Shown in pieces: positions 20,348 through 29,729 of a DNA stretch of 58,242 nucleotides. Within the stretch, counting starts at the first letter, position 1. The number at the start of each line of letters is the position of its first letter. The DNA lies in the IMG/VR virus record IMGVR_UViG_3300042557_001822, positions 1 through 58,242 of that record; one strand, written 5' to 3'. Both the position numbers and the translations under genes were made by a program. The notes under the pieces are model-generated. The model saw only the letters and a list, made by a program, of their open reading frames with translations, made no database searches and was not told the origin of the DNA. Source of the DNA: a virus (taxonomy: Duplodnaviria; Caudoviricetes).

Positions 20348-20359
20348 GATACAATTTGT

Positions 20360-20686
20360 CTATTCTGCTTTGGGTTGAATAGGTTTTTTAGGCTTTTTTT
20401 TAGTTTTACTTCTAGTAATTATCCTATTAGCAGTTTTTCTTTCTTCTGGTGTTGCTGTGCTCCACCAAGTTTTTTTAATTTCTTTTCTGCTATTAAGATA
20501 TTTCCATAATAAAGCTAATTGACCACTAATTAATATAACACTTTCAACTCCATGACTAACGTCTCTGATTAAGTCATCTTTTTGTTGAACATCTTCTCCA
20601 AATAATCCAATTAAATATAGTCCACTAAACAGAAAACTTACTAATGTAAACCAAAATTCACTGGTTCTATAACCTGGTTTGACCAT
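20360..20686 (-). CDS. two-TM holin-like membrane protein
   Basis: KPGYRTSEFW start, two TM segments, highly basic tail; start moved to ATG 20686. Confidence 0.5.
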   Translation of the reverse strand: MVKPGYRTSEFWFTLVSFLFSGLYLIGLFGEDVQQKDDLIRDVSHGVESVILISGQLALLWKYLNSRKEIKKTWWSTATPEERKTANRIITRSKTKKKPKKPIQPKAE

Positions 20687-20710
20687 TTTAAACTCCAATA
20701 AATGGTAATA

Positions 20711-20729
20711 ATATATTATTATATACACC
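20711..20729 (-). promoter_or_regulatory. RGTGTAT motif
   Basis: GGTGTATATAATAATATAT upstream of 20686. Confidence 0.6.
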
Positions 20730-20738
20730 TAATTAAAA

Positions 20739-21359
20739 TTAGGAATTTTGATCAACAAATCCGAAACAAACTGTGCAATAGTTTTCGCTAACAGTATAGT
20801 TAAAAGTTACAGTAGTTACTGTTCCGTCTATTCGAATTATATTGTATCCTTCTTCTCCGGTAAACTGAGAATATTGTGTAGCATTTAGTGGATTTTGATA
20901 TGTTGTACTTATGCCCCAAATAGGAGTAAAGGGAGAAGATATTTGCACTGGAACTTGAACACCTCCCTGACCAACACTAGCAAATGCAACTAGAGCATCT
21001 GTAACTGGCTGGCTAAAAATTGCAGTAAATACGCCCGCTTGAGTATTTTTTATTTGAATTCCATCAAGAGGTACGCCATATTCTTCTGGAAAAGTTGCAG
21101 CACCCACCATTCCTGTATGGGGACCCATACCTCCACCATTTTGAGTAATTGAGATCGTGATATTATTTTGACCAATACCAGATGCTGTCGTTGAGGTAAC
21201 AGAATTTATATTCATCCACTGAAATCCTGAACTACCGAAGCCTGTTTTTTCAAAAACTACCTCATTCCCTAAAAATACTTTAGAAATATCTTGATTTCCA
21301 AGTTTAATAGCAACTATATTAGAAGTGCTTAAAAATATATCACTATTTACTGTTGGCAT
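20739..21359 (-). CDS. hypothetical beta-rich, probably virion protein
   Basis: IKLGNQDISKVFLGNEVVF N-terminal motif seen in phage tail-associated proteins. Confidence 0.55.
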   Translation of the reverse strand: MPTVNSDIFLSTSNIVAIKLGNQDISKVFLGNEVVFEKTGFGSSGFQWMNINSVTSTTASGIGQNNITISITQNGGGMGPHTGMVGAATFPEEYGVPLDGIQIKNTQAGVFTAIFSQPVTDALVAFASVGQGGVQVPVQISSPFTPIWGISTTYQNPLNATQYSQFTGEEGYNIIRIDGTVTTVTFNYTVSENYCTVCFGFVDQNS

Positions 21360-21367
21360 GAAAAACC

Positions 21368-21628
21368 TTAATCATTAATAATATATAATGTATTTGAATT
21401 TTTTGTAGCAAGACTATCGTAGTTGGTTTGTGATATACTAACTATATTAGTAATGCTGGTAGAATTGGGGACCAGCCCAGTATTGCTTTGCACTAATCCG
21501 GATTGAAGGACGGATACTGAGACTCTTTTTGTTAAAGCAGATCCTGATGGATCGTCCATAATTAAAAATATATCATCGCTAGTCAATCCACTAGCTACGG
21601 GAAATTCATTAATGCGTTGTATACTCAT
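21368..21628 (-). CDS. small tail-fibre-associated-like protein
   Basis: RINEFP...DIFLI..D...TKRV; ISQTNYDSLATKNSNTLYII. Confidence 0.55.
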   Translation of the reverse strand: MSIQRINEFPVASGLTSDDIFLIMDDPSGSALTKRVSVSVLQSGLVQSNTGLVPNSTSITNIVSISQTNYDSLATKNSNTLYIIND

Positions 21629-21850
21629 TTAACCACCTATTACTGTTTGGTCGCCAACTAATTGAACAAATATACCATTATAAAATCTATTACCATATTT
21701 ATCGTCTATATCATTAATTGTAGGATAATTTTGTACATAAGTATTTAGAGTATTGTACTGTCCAGTAAAAGTTGTTGATGTTACTAGTGTGCCATTTTTT
21801 ATTTGATTACCAGAGATAGCAACTCGTATATCGGTGAACGGTCTTGGCAT
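21629..21850 (-). CDS. hypothetical protein
   Basis: GGAG SD; operonic. Confidence 0.6.
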   Translation of the reverse strand: MPRPFTDIRVAISGNQIKNGTLVTSTTFTGQYNTLNTYVQNYPTINDIDDKYGNRFYNGIFVQLVGDQTVIGG

Positions 21851-21879
21851 AATTATTCTCCATTATTTGATTTTATTAA

Positions 21880-22197
21880 TTATTTTTCAATTCTGTCTTC
21901 TAATGCTTGTAATGTTTGACCTAACATAGCAATTTGTATTTTAAGTTCATTCATAACTTCAGTATTTCGTTGTAACATAGCAGTTAAAGCAGCTTGCGTT
22001 TCTTTATTAACTGCTAATCTCTCCATGATAAATTGTCTATCGTGTAAGTATGGGGATTTAGTTTCCACCATTTCTGCAACTTCTGACTTAGTGGCCATAT
22101 TTCTACCTATGGTTACCCAAAAACCAATCATAGTAATTATAATACCAATACTAGTGGTTGCTATACTTTCCCAAAAATGAACTATGGTGTCGCTCAT
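21880..22197 (-). CDS. TM + coiled-coil protein
   Basis: IGIIITMIGFWV followed by heptad-like region; start moved to 22197. Confidence 0.6.
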   Translation of the reverse strand: MSDTIVHFWESIATTSIGIIITMIGFWVTIGRNMATKSEVAEMVETKSPYLHDRQFIMERLAVNKETQAALTAMLQRNTEVMNELKIQIAMLGQTLQALEDRIEK

Positions 22198-22237
22198 AAT
22201 TAAAACCCTTTTATATGATGGTATTATTAAATACACT

Positions 22238-22278
22238 AAAAAGCAAAAAGCCAACAATATAATTGCTGGCTTTGCTTT
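22238..22278 (-). terminator. intrinsic terminator
   Basis: Minus strand AAAGCCAGCAAT-TAT-ATTGTTGGCTTTTTGCTTTTT, downstream of 22303-22848. Confidence 0.7.
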
Positions 22279-22302
22279 GACATAAAGATTTTATAAATAC
22301 GA

Positions 22303-22848
22303 TCAGCCTGTTTTTGATTTATAATCTTGTGTACGAACTGGTAATTTGGCACCGGTTCTGAAAACAAGATCGCCAGGAGAAGTTCTGGTAACTGTAGCAG
22401 CAGTGTCTGTTCCAGGAGCTTCTGAAACTAATGTTGGTGCTGTTGAGAATGTACCAGTATAAAGATTAAAATAGCCTGCTCTGATGGCTGTTGCTGTTCC
22501 GGGTGATCTGTAATCTTCTCTCTTATTAATACTTCTTAATTGAGCAGGATTATTTGCGCTATTAGACAGAATAGACGATACTTGTCCAGCAATTTCTGTT
22601 GTAATCTTTTGACTAATAGGTTTGACGTGATCATGGGGAATTGTACCAGCAGAAATGGCTTTGTCTGTGTAAGGTCCGTCTATTACTATTGAAGCAAAAA
22701 CTCCAGTTCCGTCCTTACTTACTGCAACATTTCTTAGTAAACTGTTTGATGTGACTCTGGTTGATGTTCCGCCGTTATTAACTGATCCGCTACCTGTGAG
22801 ATTTGGCGGGGTTGTATAATTTGAACCCGATGTATTAGCTGTTGACAT
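22303..22848 (-). CDS. Thr/Ser-rich hypothetical protein, probably structural
   Basis: Own promoter motif, GGAG SD and terminator. Confidence 0.65.
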   Translation of the reverse strand: MSTANTSGSNYTTPPNLTGSGSVNNGGTSTRVTSNSLLRNVAVSKDGTGVFASIVIDGPYTDKAISAGTIPHDHVKPISQKITTEIAGQVSSILSNSANNPAQLRSINKREDYRSPGTATAIRAGYFNLYTGTFSTAPTLVSEAPGTDTAATVTRTSPGDLVFRTGAKLPVRTQDYKSKTG

Positions 22849-22892
22849 TTGTAGTCTCCATTAAATATTTGTTTTTATGGTCTGTCATCTGA

Positions 22893-22901
22893 TTATACAC
22901 C
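22893..22901 (-). promoter_or_regulatory. RGTGTAT motif
   Basis: GGTGTATAA upstream of 22848. Confidence 0.55.
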
Positions 22902-22929
22902 CAAAAGGTTGATTTTTAAATTGTTTATT

Positions 22930-23577
22930 TTAATTATTGGCTATTAATTTTAAGCCATTTATAGAGTTAAGTCTTAGTCCATAAATTTTACTATTTTTGA
23001 CCAATTTTGCATGAGACTCGTTCCATACATTTCCATTACAAACAATGTTAATATCGGGAACTCTTTTATTGATAAGAGCGGCTGCTAAGATATTATCCGA
23101 TATATCATCTAAAAAATATCCTGTAGAAGGAAAAATTGTTTTAATATTTAAATCTAATAATATTTGAGATACTTTATATAATAATTCATAAGTAAATTTT
23201 CTATATTCTAATATGTATCTTATTTGGCCATTATAATCCATAGATATAATCTGCATATTTTTTATATCATCTCTAAATTTATCATATTTACGATTACATA
23301 AGTAATGTACTGGACAAACAACATCTATTATAGATGCACCATTTTTGAAGCAGTTTGCTGCTATTGACATTCTTGAATTCGCATCCATAATTCCCAATGG
23401 AAAGTCTATGGACGAAGCAATTTGAATTTTATTGGTATCAATTTGACTTTTAATTAATTTAATATAAGGATAAAATACAGATATGCTCTGTATATCATAC
23501 TTTACTGCTGCATTAATAGTTTCGGTTATTTCACTATCTTTTGCATCAAGATCATAGTGAGCATATTCTATGTACAT
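22930..23577 (-). CDS. DeoC-like TIM-barrel protein lacking catalytic lysines
   Basis: IDFPLG, GASIIDVV, RYILE, IFPSTGY. Confidence 0.75.
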   Translation of the reverse strand: MYIEYAHYDLDAKDSEITETINAAVKYDIQSISVFYPYIKLIKSQIDTNKIQIASSIDFPLGIMDANSRMSIAANCFKNGASIIDVVCPVHYLCNRKYDKFRDDIKNMQIISMDYNGQIRYILEYRKFTYELLYKVSQILLDLNIKTIFPSTGYFLDDISDNILAAALINKRVPDINIVCNGNVWNESHAKLVKNSKIYGLRLNSINGLKLIANN

Positions 23578-23578
23578 A

Positions 23579-24241
23579 TTATTGTTTTTTTAATGATTCA
23601 ATTGTTGGATACTTTCTATCTCCAAGAATACCATCAGCAAAACCATAATACACCGCTTCTTCCGCTGTTAGAATCCAGTCTGTTTTATTTGCTAGTTGAC
23701 TTTGTATATGTTTTCTGGCTATTTGTCTTTTCCATTTTTTTTCTTTAGCCATAGGACTATGCAGCCATTTTTCAACAAATATATCCAACATTTTTACTGA
23801 TTCTCTTTCACTCCATTGAAGACTACTAATAGCGGCTTTATGCTCGTCATCTATACTTATTGATCCATAATGAATAAGCATATTAACATTTGGCATTAAT
23901 ATTCTTAAATTAGCAGCTTGAAAAATAACACTACTTGCAGATTGAACTTTAGCATAGGCTAAGATTGTTGTTGTTGATCTAGAATATTTAATAGTATCAT
24001 ATAAACTAAGACAATCCTCCCAATCTCCTCCTGGCAGATGCATATGAATTAGTATATTATCTGATGATTGTTGATTTAAAAATCTAAGATTTTTTTCAAA
24101 TGTAATTGATGATCTAAAATCAACACCAGCATCTTCGTTATCATCAAAATTAGAATGTAAAAATATTTCTCTGTTTTTTATATCAATATTGTAATAGTGT
24201 AGTGATTGTAGATCGGTGTCTCTTGTATTTATTCTAGACAT
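23579..24241 (-). CDS. clpP: ClpP-family (S14) protease
   Basis: REIFL, HLPGGD, LYDTI, VQSAS, MLIH, DWILTAEEAVYYGFAD. Confidence 0.85.
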   Translation of the reverse strand: MSRINTRDTDLQSLHYYNIDIKNREIFLHSNFDDNEDAGVDFRSSITFEKNLRFLNQQSSDNILIHMHLPGGDWEDCLSLYDTIKYSRSTTTILAYAKVQSASSVIFQAANLRILMPNVNMLIHYGSISIDDEHKAAISSLQWSERESVKMLDIFVEKWLHSPMAKEKKWKRQIARKHIQSQLANKTDWILTAEEAVYYGFADGILGDRKYPTIESLKKQ

Positions 24242-24668
24242 TATTTAACTCATTATATATTTTTTTATTGATATTTCTCATAATTTGCGAATCATCAAAT
24301 GCTTTACCTATTGCTATTCTAAATCTATATCTAGTAAAAACATCTAGAGTTTCTACTCCCTCTATTTTTTCTATAATATTTGCAATATTTTTAGATATAT
24401 CAAAATTTGTATGACCCATCCAAAAATTAAATATTTTCCCACTAGCGGTGTTATCATTAAATGGTATTATACCCATAGGAGTAGCTATTGCTTTTATTGC
24501 TTGTGGATTTTTTTGTATTTTTAATTCTTCATCTTCATCGCTATCTTCAATTTCTTCCTCATTTTCATAATCTCCAACATATGGATCGAAATCAAAAGAT
24601 TCTTCGTCGCGGCCAAATGGGTCTATCCATTTTTGCCATATAATTTTATTTTTAGAATCTGTGTCCAT
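24234..24668 (-). CDS. hypothetical protein with acidic tract
   Basis: FWMGHTNFDI...GVETL...RYRFRIAIGKAF. Confidence 0.65.
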   Translation of the reverse strand: MDTDSKNKIIWQKWIDPFGRDEESFDFDPYVGDYENEEEIEDSDEDEELKIQKNPQAIKAIATPMGIIPFNDNTASGKIFNFWMGHTNFDISKNIANIIEKIEGVETLDVFTRYRFRIAIGKAFDDSQIMRNINKKIYNELNNV

Positions 24669-24731
24669 ATTTAGCCTCTTTGAAAGAGATTATACTACTC
24701 TATAGTAAGACACACTAATATAAAAGAAATG

Positions 24732-25121
24732 CTATTTACCGTTAAAAACAGAGATTGGACGTATTAAAGGTCCATTATTTTGATTATTTTTAATCTCTTG
24801 TTTGATAATTTCATAGAAAGAACAAACATTATCAAAAAATAATTTATTTTTTATATTTTCAGAAGAATACGCTTTGTCTTGTAATATAGAAAATAATTTA
24901 TATTTCATTGCAGAACTACTGGCATACATTACTAATTCTGCATATTTTTCAGCCATATTTTGTATGCTATTCATATCCATGGTATTTATGTCTGGATAAG
25001 ATAAAAGAATATCTATATCATAATTTGATTTTAATATAATATTAATACCTAGTTGATTAGAATTTTTAGTACTATTTTTATTAAAAAGATTTTTATAATA
25101 ATGTAATAATTTTTTTAGCAT
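24732..25121 (-). CDS. hypothetical protein
   Basis: Operonic ORF. Confidence 0.55.
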   Translation of the reverse strand: MLKKLLHYYKNLFNKNSTKNSNQLGINIILKSNYDIDILLSYPDINTMDMNSIQNMAEKYAELVMYASSSAMKYKLFSILQDKAYSSENIKNKLFFDNVCSFYEIIKQEIKNNQNNGPLIRPISVFNGK

Positions 25122-25446
25122 TATCTGGTATACGTTCTATATGTGAATTTATATCCAAAAGATGATAAGTGTTATTTAATTCGATATCATTATGTATAAA
25201 ACTTAGATAATATATATTTAGCTGATCAAGCATGGTAACGTCTGTTAACTTAAAATTAGGAATAATATTATTATCATCATTACTGATTTTTGTTAAAATA
25301 AATTCTAATGACTGTTTTAAATCTATGTATGGTTCCAAATCTATATATGGAAAATTCAATTCTGTTGAACTTGTTGATAAGATCTGATAACTATTATATT
25401 TATGATTTAGTACAAGTGCCAGTAAATTAATTTTAGCTTCTATCAT
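25093..25446 (-). CDS. hypothetical protein
   Basis: Operonic ORF. Confidence 0.55.
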   Translation of the reverse strand: MIEAKINLLALVLNHKYNSYQILSTSSTELNFPYIDLEPYIDLKQSLEFILTKISNDDNNIIPNFKLTDVTMLDQLNIYYLSFIHNDIELNNTYHLLDINSHIERIPDNAKKIITLL

Positions 25447-26023
25447 AGGATTTGATTGTTTCTAATGCCCTTTTGATATTTTGCCTAACAGCTTCTCTAG
25501 AAACTCCAAACTTTTTTCCTATTTGAGATAATGTATGATCTTCTAGATAGTAAAGTTTTATTTGTTCTCTTTGCTTTTCTGATAAATTATTATTTAATAA
25601 AAGATTATTGATGAGCATACTCAAATTAATTTCTTGTTCATTTTTCATTAATATGTTAATGGGCTCTTCTGCTCTTGTATCTGGCATAGAAGAATGCAAA
25701 GAATTATCTGAATCTTTACTATTAAAATCAAGACTAATTGTGTCATGATTTTTTTTGTATTTATTAGTAACATATGTTTTTATAGCCCAAATAGCACACT
25801 GGTTTCTATAAGAATATAATGTTTTTTGCTGACCATTTTTTCCTTTTCTATTCGGATCAAATCTCCAATCAGCATACATTATAGCTGTTGCAACATCAGA
25901 TATTGCATCATTATTTTTTAACATTTCTGTAGATAAACCATTATAAAATTTTGGACAAAATTTTGATATAGTTTTTTTCGCTAAACCAATATACGTATCT
26001 AGACTGTCGTATTGTTTTTCCAT
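25433..26023 (-). CDS. RNA polymerase sigma-70 family factor
   Basis: Region 2-like ADWRFDPNR...YSY; TISLD; region 4 LSEKQREQIKLYY...TLSQIGKKFGVSREAVRQ. Confidence 0.85.
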   Translation of the reverse strand: MEKQYDSLDTYIGLAKKTISKFCPKFYNGLSTEMLKNNDAISDVATAIMYADWRFDPNRKGKNGQQKTLYSYRNQCAIWAIKTYVTNKYKKNHDTISLDFNSKDSDNSLHSSMPDTRAEEPINILMKNEQEINLSMLINNLLLNNNLSEKQREQIKLYYLEDHTLSQIGKKFGVSREAVRQNIKRALETIKSYDRS

Positions 26024-26057
26024 TATCCTTGTCCTTTGAATCTTTAAAGTTATTTAT

Positions 26058-26780
26058 TTACTTAGTTAGTTTTTTCCACTGTTCTGGATCTGGTCTGTCT
26101 TTATCTCCTGGTCTTGCTGGTCTATACTTTTTACCTTCTCTTTCTTTCTTTTTTCGAATATTGTCCCATAGTCCTTGTTTTGCTCCAGCAGACATAGTAT
26201 CGTCAGATTCAGAGACGTACATGATAAAATCGTGGATCGTTCTCATATAGTCTTCAGTTATGGCGATTTTACCTTGTAGCCAGCTTTCTGTCAAGTTTTC
26301 TTTTACTGATGGGTTGTCTAGGGAGTTAAGTATATTTTGTGAATGCTGTGCAATAGCTCTTAGTGATCCAACACTCATTTCGAAAAAATCTTCTTTATAT
26401 TCATTTAGTTCATCTTCTGGTGTCTCCATTCCCTCGGCTAAACCATAATCATCAAGAGAATCTACTAGTGTTAATTGATCTTCTGTTTTTCTTAGATATT
26501 GATCTACTGTCCATGATGATCCAGAGTTTGTCGTTCTATATCCGACAATATAGCCAATATTTTCTGGCAGCTCTTCTATACGTTGAACTATACCTTCACT
26601 ACCATAATGCATACAAGAAGCATTGGTATTTTTAATTTTATCTCCAGCCTTTAGTTTGCAATTTGCAACAATAATTTGGGATTTATTTTCTGAGTTTAAA
26701 GAGGAATTAACAGCTATATTTTCTGATTGTTTTTTAATAGAAGCTTCGACATTATTTAATAAATCATAAATTCTATCCAT
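26058..26780 (-). CDS. hypothetical multi-module phage protein
   Basis: LTESWLQGKIAITEDY; GLWDNIRKKKER. Confidence 0.65.
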   Translation of the reverse strand: MDRIYDLLNNVEASIKKQSENIAVNSSLNSENKSQIIVANCKLKAGDKIKNTNASCMHYGSEGIVQRIEELPENIGYIVGYRTTNSGSSWTVDQYLRKTEDQLTLVDSLDDYGLAEGMETPEDELNEYKEDFFEMSVGSLRAIAQHSQNILNSLDNPSVKENLTESWLQGKIAITEDYMRTIHDFIMYVSESDDTMSAGAKQGLWDNIRKKKEREGKKYRPARPGDKDRPDPEQWKKLTK

Positions 26781-26781
26781 G

Positions 26782-27444
26782 TTATAAACCCTTTTTATTT
26801 AATTTAGAAAAAATATAGTCTGTAAAAATTATTGATGCATTATTATCCGATGGATAATGAACACCCTGCAAAACCCTAGCGTAAGCACTCCTATTTACAA
26901 TTTGATCTAATTCATTTTTGAATTCTGGATTAGATCTTGATACAAGATTTGCTGCTAATCTAGCATACACCGTATGTCCTGATGGATATGATGGAGTGTG
27001 GTGTGTCTCTGTTTCGATAACATCAATTGTTGATCCATAAAATTTGGCTAATTGGTATGGTCTAGCTCTATTAAAATAAGTTTTAGTATTAATAATAAGA
27101 GGTTTGATAATATTGTATAATTGATCAAATTCAGCTTTTGGAAATATTATATTTTTTTCATTACAAAAGTCTACGACTAGTATTGATGCTTTTGAATCTA
27201 CTTTATAGACTAATTTAGTTTCTTCATTATTTCGATTATTAGTAATTTCTGATATATAAATTAATTCTTTAAGCGTTGATTCACTACTATTTTTAGGAGG
27301 ATTATCAAGGATAGATTTATAATTAAAATCAATTAATTTTGAAACTTCTTGATCTTCTACTATAGAAGTAGTATATTTAAGATTATCTATATCAACAGAA
27401 CCTAATACTGAATTTAGTTTATATAGAAGCTTATTTCTTATCAT
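26782..27444 (-). CDS. PAP2/haloperoxidase-superfamily phosphatase
   Basis: KTYFNRARP, SYPSGH, ARVLQGVHYPSD. Confidence 0.88.
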   Translation of the reverse strand: MIRNKLLYKLNSVLGSVDIDNLKYTTSIVEDQEVSKLIDFNYKSILDNPPKNSSESTLKELIYISEITNNRNNEETKLVYKVDSKASILVVDFCNEKNIIFPKAEFDQLYNIIKPLIINTKTYFNRARPYQLAKFYGSTIDVIETETHHTPSYPSGHTVYARLAANLVSRSNPEFKNELDQIVNRSAYARVLQGVHYPSDNNASIIFTDYIFSKLNKKGL

Positions 27445-27448
27445 CAGT

Positions 27449-28039
27449 TCACACTTGAATGCTTAAGAAATTATCTAGACCCATTTGTTCGATAAGCTTT
27501 AAATATCCTTCATATAACTCAATACCGTCTTCGCTACCTTGTAATAGTGGTATCATAATATTTGCAGTTATTTCATCACCAACTGCTCTGGCAGCAACTA
27601 TTGTTGCTCTTTCAGTAGCAGAGGCTTCTCTAACAGAATTAAGATTATATTGAATCATTGCTAACATATCGTGTCTTTTCCAGACTGGTGGGCTTATTAC
27701 TAATGGTTGATAATCAACATCAAAAAATTCTAATCTTTTTAGATTAATTATAGAGTGTTGATGTTCTTCTTCTGCATCTTTTCTAATTATATCAGCTAGT
27801 TTTTTATATCCCCAACGCTCTAAATGCATAGCTTGTGCAGAAAGGCTGGTGGTCTGTTGCCAGTGAATATTTAATGATTGTTTTAGTAAATCAATAACAG
27901 TATTCGATGAATATCCTGGTACTTCTTGTGCTTGTATTTGATTGTCTAGATTCTCTTCTTGTGGGGTTTCTTGTTCTGATTGCTCGGTTGATTGTATGAT
28001 TATCTCTTGTGCTTTAATTAAGTCTTCTATTGATTGCAT
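27449..28039 (-). CDS. bacterioferritin-like protein with degenerate ferroxidase centre
   Basis: WGYKKLA...EEHQH...RLEF; GDEITA; LIEQMGLDNFLSIQ. Confidence 0.8.
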   Translation of the reverse strand: MQSIEDLIKAQEIIIQSTEQSEQETPQEENLDNQIQAQEVPGYSSNTVIDLLKQSLNIHWQQTTSLSAQAMHLERWGYKKLADIIRKDAEEEHQHSIINLKRLEFFDVDYQPLVISPPVWKRHDMLAMIQYNLNSVREASATERATIVAARAVGDEITANIMIPLLQGSEDGIELYEGYLKLIEQMGLDNFLSIQV

Positions 28040-28063
28040 ATTGTTTCCTTTTAAAATAATTAA

Positions 28064-28639
28064 CTACCAGGCTTTACAAGACCAATATCTTGCTTTCCAC
28101 TTTGGGCCAGGATTATCACAATTATGTCTGGCTCTAAAACTTCTTCGTCTTTCTGGGATATTCTTTTTTATTTTCATATTAGGATCACCAAAATTAACTT
28201 TCACCACATTGCCTTTTTCGTTTTTAACGTATACGCTAAATTTTTTAGGACCATCAGCAGTTCTAAAAGGCTTATTTAAAGTAACCTTACGACCCTGATA
28301 TTCTGAAGCTACTGATGTGGGAGTATTATAGAGATAACTGACATCATATTCTTCTGTTATCTCATCAGTTGTCTCGTATTCTGTTGGAAACACTAAGTTA
28401 GACAATGATAATTCTTCTACTGATCCACAACTATCACAACTATCATAGGATAAAGAATAATTGAGTATATCAAATACCTGATCAAAAATACTACTTTTAT
28501 TTTTTTGTTTAGTTTGTCCTAAACATATAGCAACTCTTTGCTTAGAGTCTGGATAATCTTTTTTCATCGTTTCGTCACCCATGCAACGACCCACAAACTT
28601 TTGATTATCTTCATCTTCTTTTGGTGATGGAATTGGCAT
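28064..28639 (-). CDS. conserved-looking phage hypothetical protein
   Basis: KKFSVYVK...KVNFGDPNM...RRSFRARHNC...RYWSCKAW. Confidence 0.7.
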   Translation of the reverse strand: MPIPSPKEDEDNQKFVGRCMGDETMKKDYPDSKQRVAICLGQTKQKNKSSIFDQVFDILNYSLSYDSCDSCGSVEELSLSNLVFPTEYETTDEITEEYDVSYLYNTPTSVASEYQGRKVTLNKPFRTADGPKKFSVYVKNEKGNVVKVNFGDPNMKIKKNIPERRRSFRARHNCDNPGPKWKARYWSCKAW

Positions 28640-28661
28640 ATTAAATCCTTATTGATAATTT

Positions 28662-29729
28662 TTAAGAATATTTATTAATACACCTCAAAATTTCATTAGC
28701 AGAATTAGCCCAGGAATACTTTTTAGCCGTTTGAATACCATTAGGATTAGTATTAATTTTGTTATTATAAACAAATCTCATATATTCTATAATTTGATCA
28801 GTTTGTTCTGTTCCAATTTTAGCCCAATTTCCTTGTCCAATAAAGGCTTTTCCGTCATATGCTTTTTCTGTTTCATTAATGTCAATAAGATAACTATTAT
28901 CTTTATTACAAAATTCAGTATGGGCAGAATAATTTGTTGCTATAACTGGCTTATTCATGCTCATAGTTTCTAATAATTCTAAATTCCAGCCTTCTGCTCG
29001 TGATGGATATAGTCCGCAATCACAATTAGATATTAATTTAGCTATATCTTTATGAGTTTCTACTCCAGAAAATAATTTTATTCTGCTATCTCCGGAATAC
29101 ATATCTTTCCATTTTGATAATTCATCAGCAGAAGAATAATTATTAGTATGTTCTGATGCTAAAATCCATAATTCTACATCTTTTTGATCTGGGAATGCTT
29201 GTGTAAATAAATTATATAATATATCATGCCCTTTTCTAACTTCCCATTTGCCTATATTGAGAAAAACATATTTATTGTCTGATCTGGTAGATGGTATTGA
29301 ATCATTGAAGATATTTCTGTCTACTCCAAGAGGAATAACCTCTACAGGAGTACCTATATTATTATTAGCAATAACATTTTTTGCCCAATTACTACTAACG
29401 AATAAACAATCTGGAATAGACATATTAATAATTTCATAACTATTGAAAGTATCTAGTTCAAAAAATGGATAAGCAAAATATGGACCTCTTCCTATCCTTG
29501 TTAATAAATCAAATTGATGCCATATTTTTATAGTCGGAGCAGTTCCGACCATACTATATCTATTATTCAAGCATTGGGATACAGCTTCATGATCTAGCTG
29601 ATTATCTACTGACGGCTGCCCTATGGGAAATAATGAAATAGTAGACTGTTTATACAGCTCTCTAAAAATATTTATTGATGCTATTCCATAGCCAGTATTA
29701 TTAATTGGTATATTAAGATTTATATTCAT
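28662..29729 (-). CDS. glycosyltransferase family 4 (GT-B)
   Basis: TGYG, GKWEVRKG, PSRAEGWNLELLE; start moved to 29729. Confidence 0.85.
   Translation of the reverse strand: MNINLNIPINNTGYGIASINIFRELYKQSTISLFPIGQPSVDNQLDHEAVSQCLNNRYSMVGTAPTIKIWHQFDLLTRIGRGPYFAYPFFELDTFNSYEIINMSIPDCLFVSSNWAKNVIANNNIGTPVEVIPLGVDRNIFNDSIPSTRSDNKYVFLNIGKWEVRKGHDILYNLFTQAFPDQKDVELWILASEHTNNYSSADELSKWKDMYSGDSRIKLFSGVETHKDIAKLISNCDCGLYPSRAEGWNLELLETMSMNKPVIATNYSAHTEFCNKDNSYLIDINETEKAYDGKAFIGQGNWAKIGTEQTDQIIEYMRFVYNNKINTNPNGIQTAKKYSWANSANEILRCINKYS
28668..28684 (-). promoter_or_regulatory. RGTGTAT motif
   Basis: GGTGTATTAATAAATA upstream of 28639. Confidence 0.55.

Noticed and set aside
24700-24720. AGTGTGTC variant of the promoter motif upstream of 24668
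   Set aside because: Mismatches in the core; not counted.
25093-25446. Degenerate NUDIX fold
   Set aside because: Only a vague resemblance; the NUDIX box is absent.
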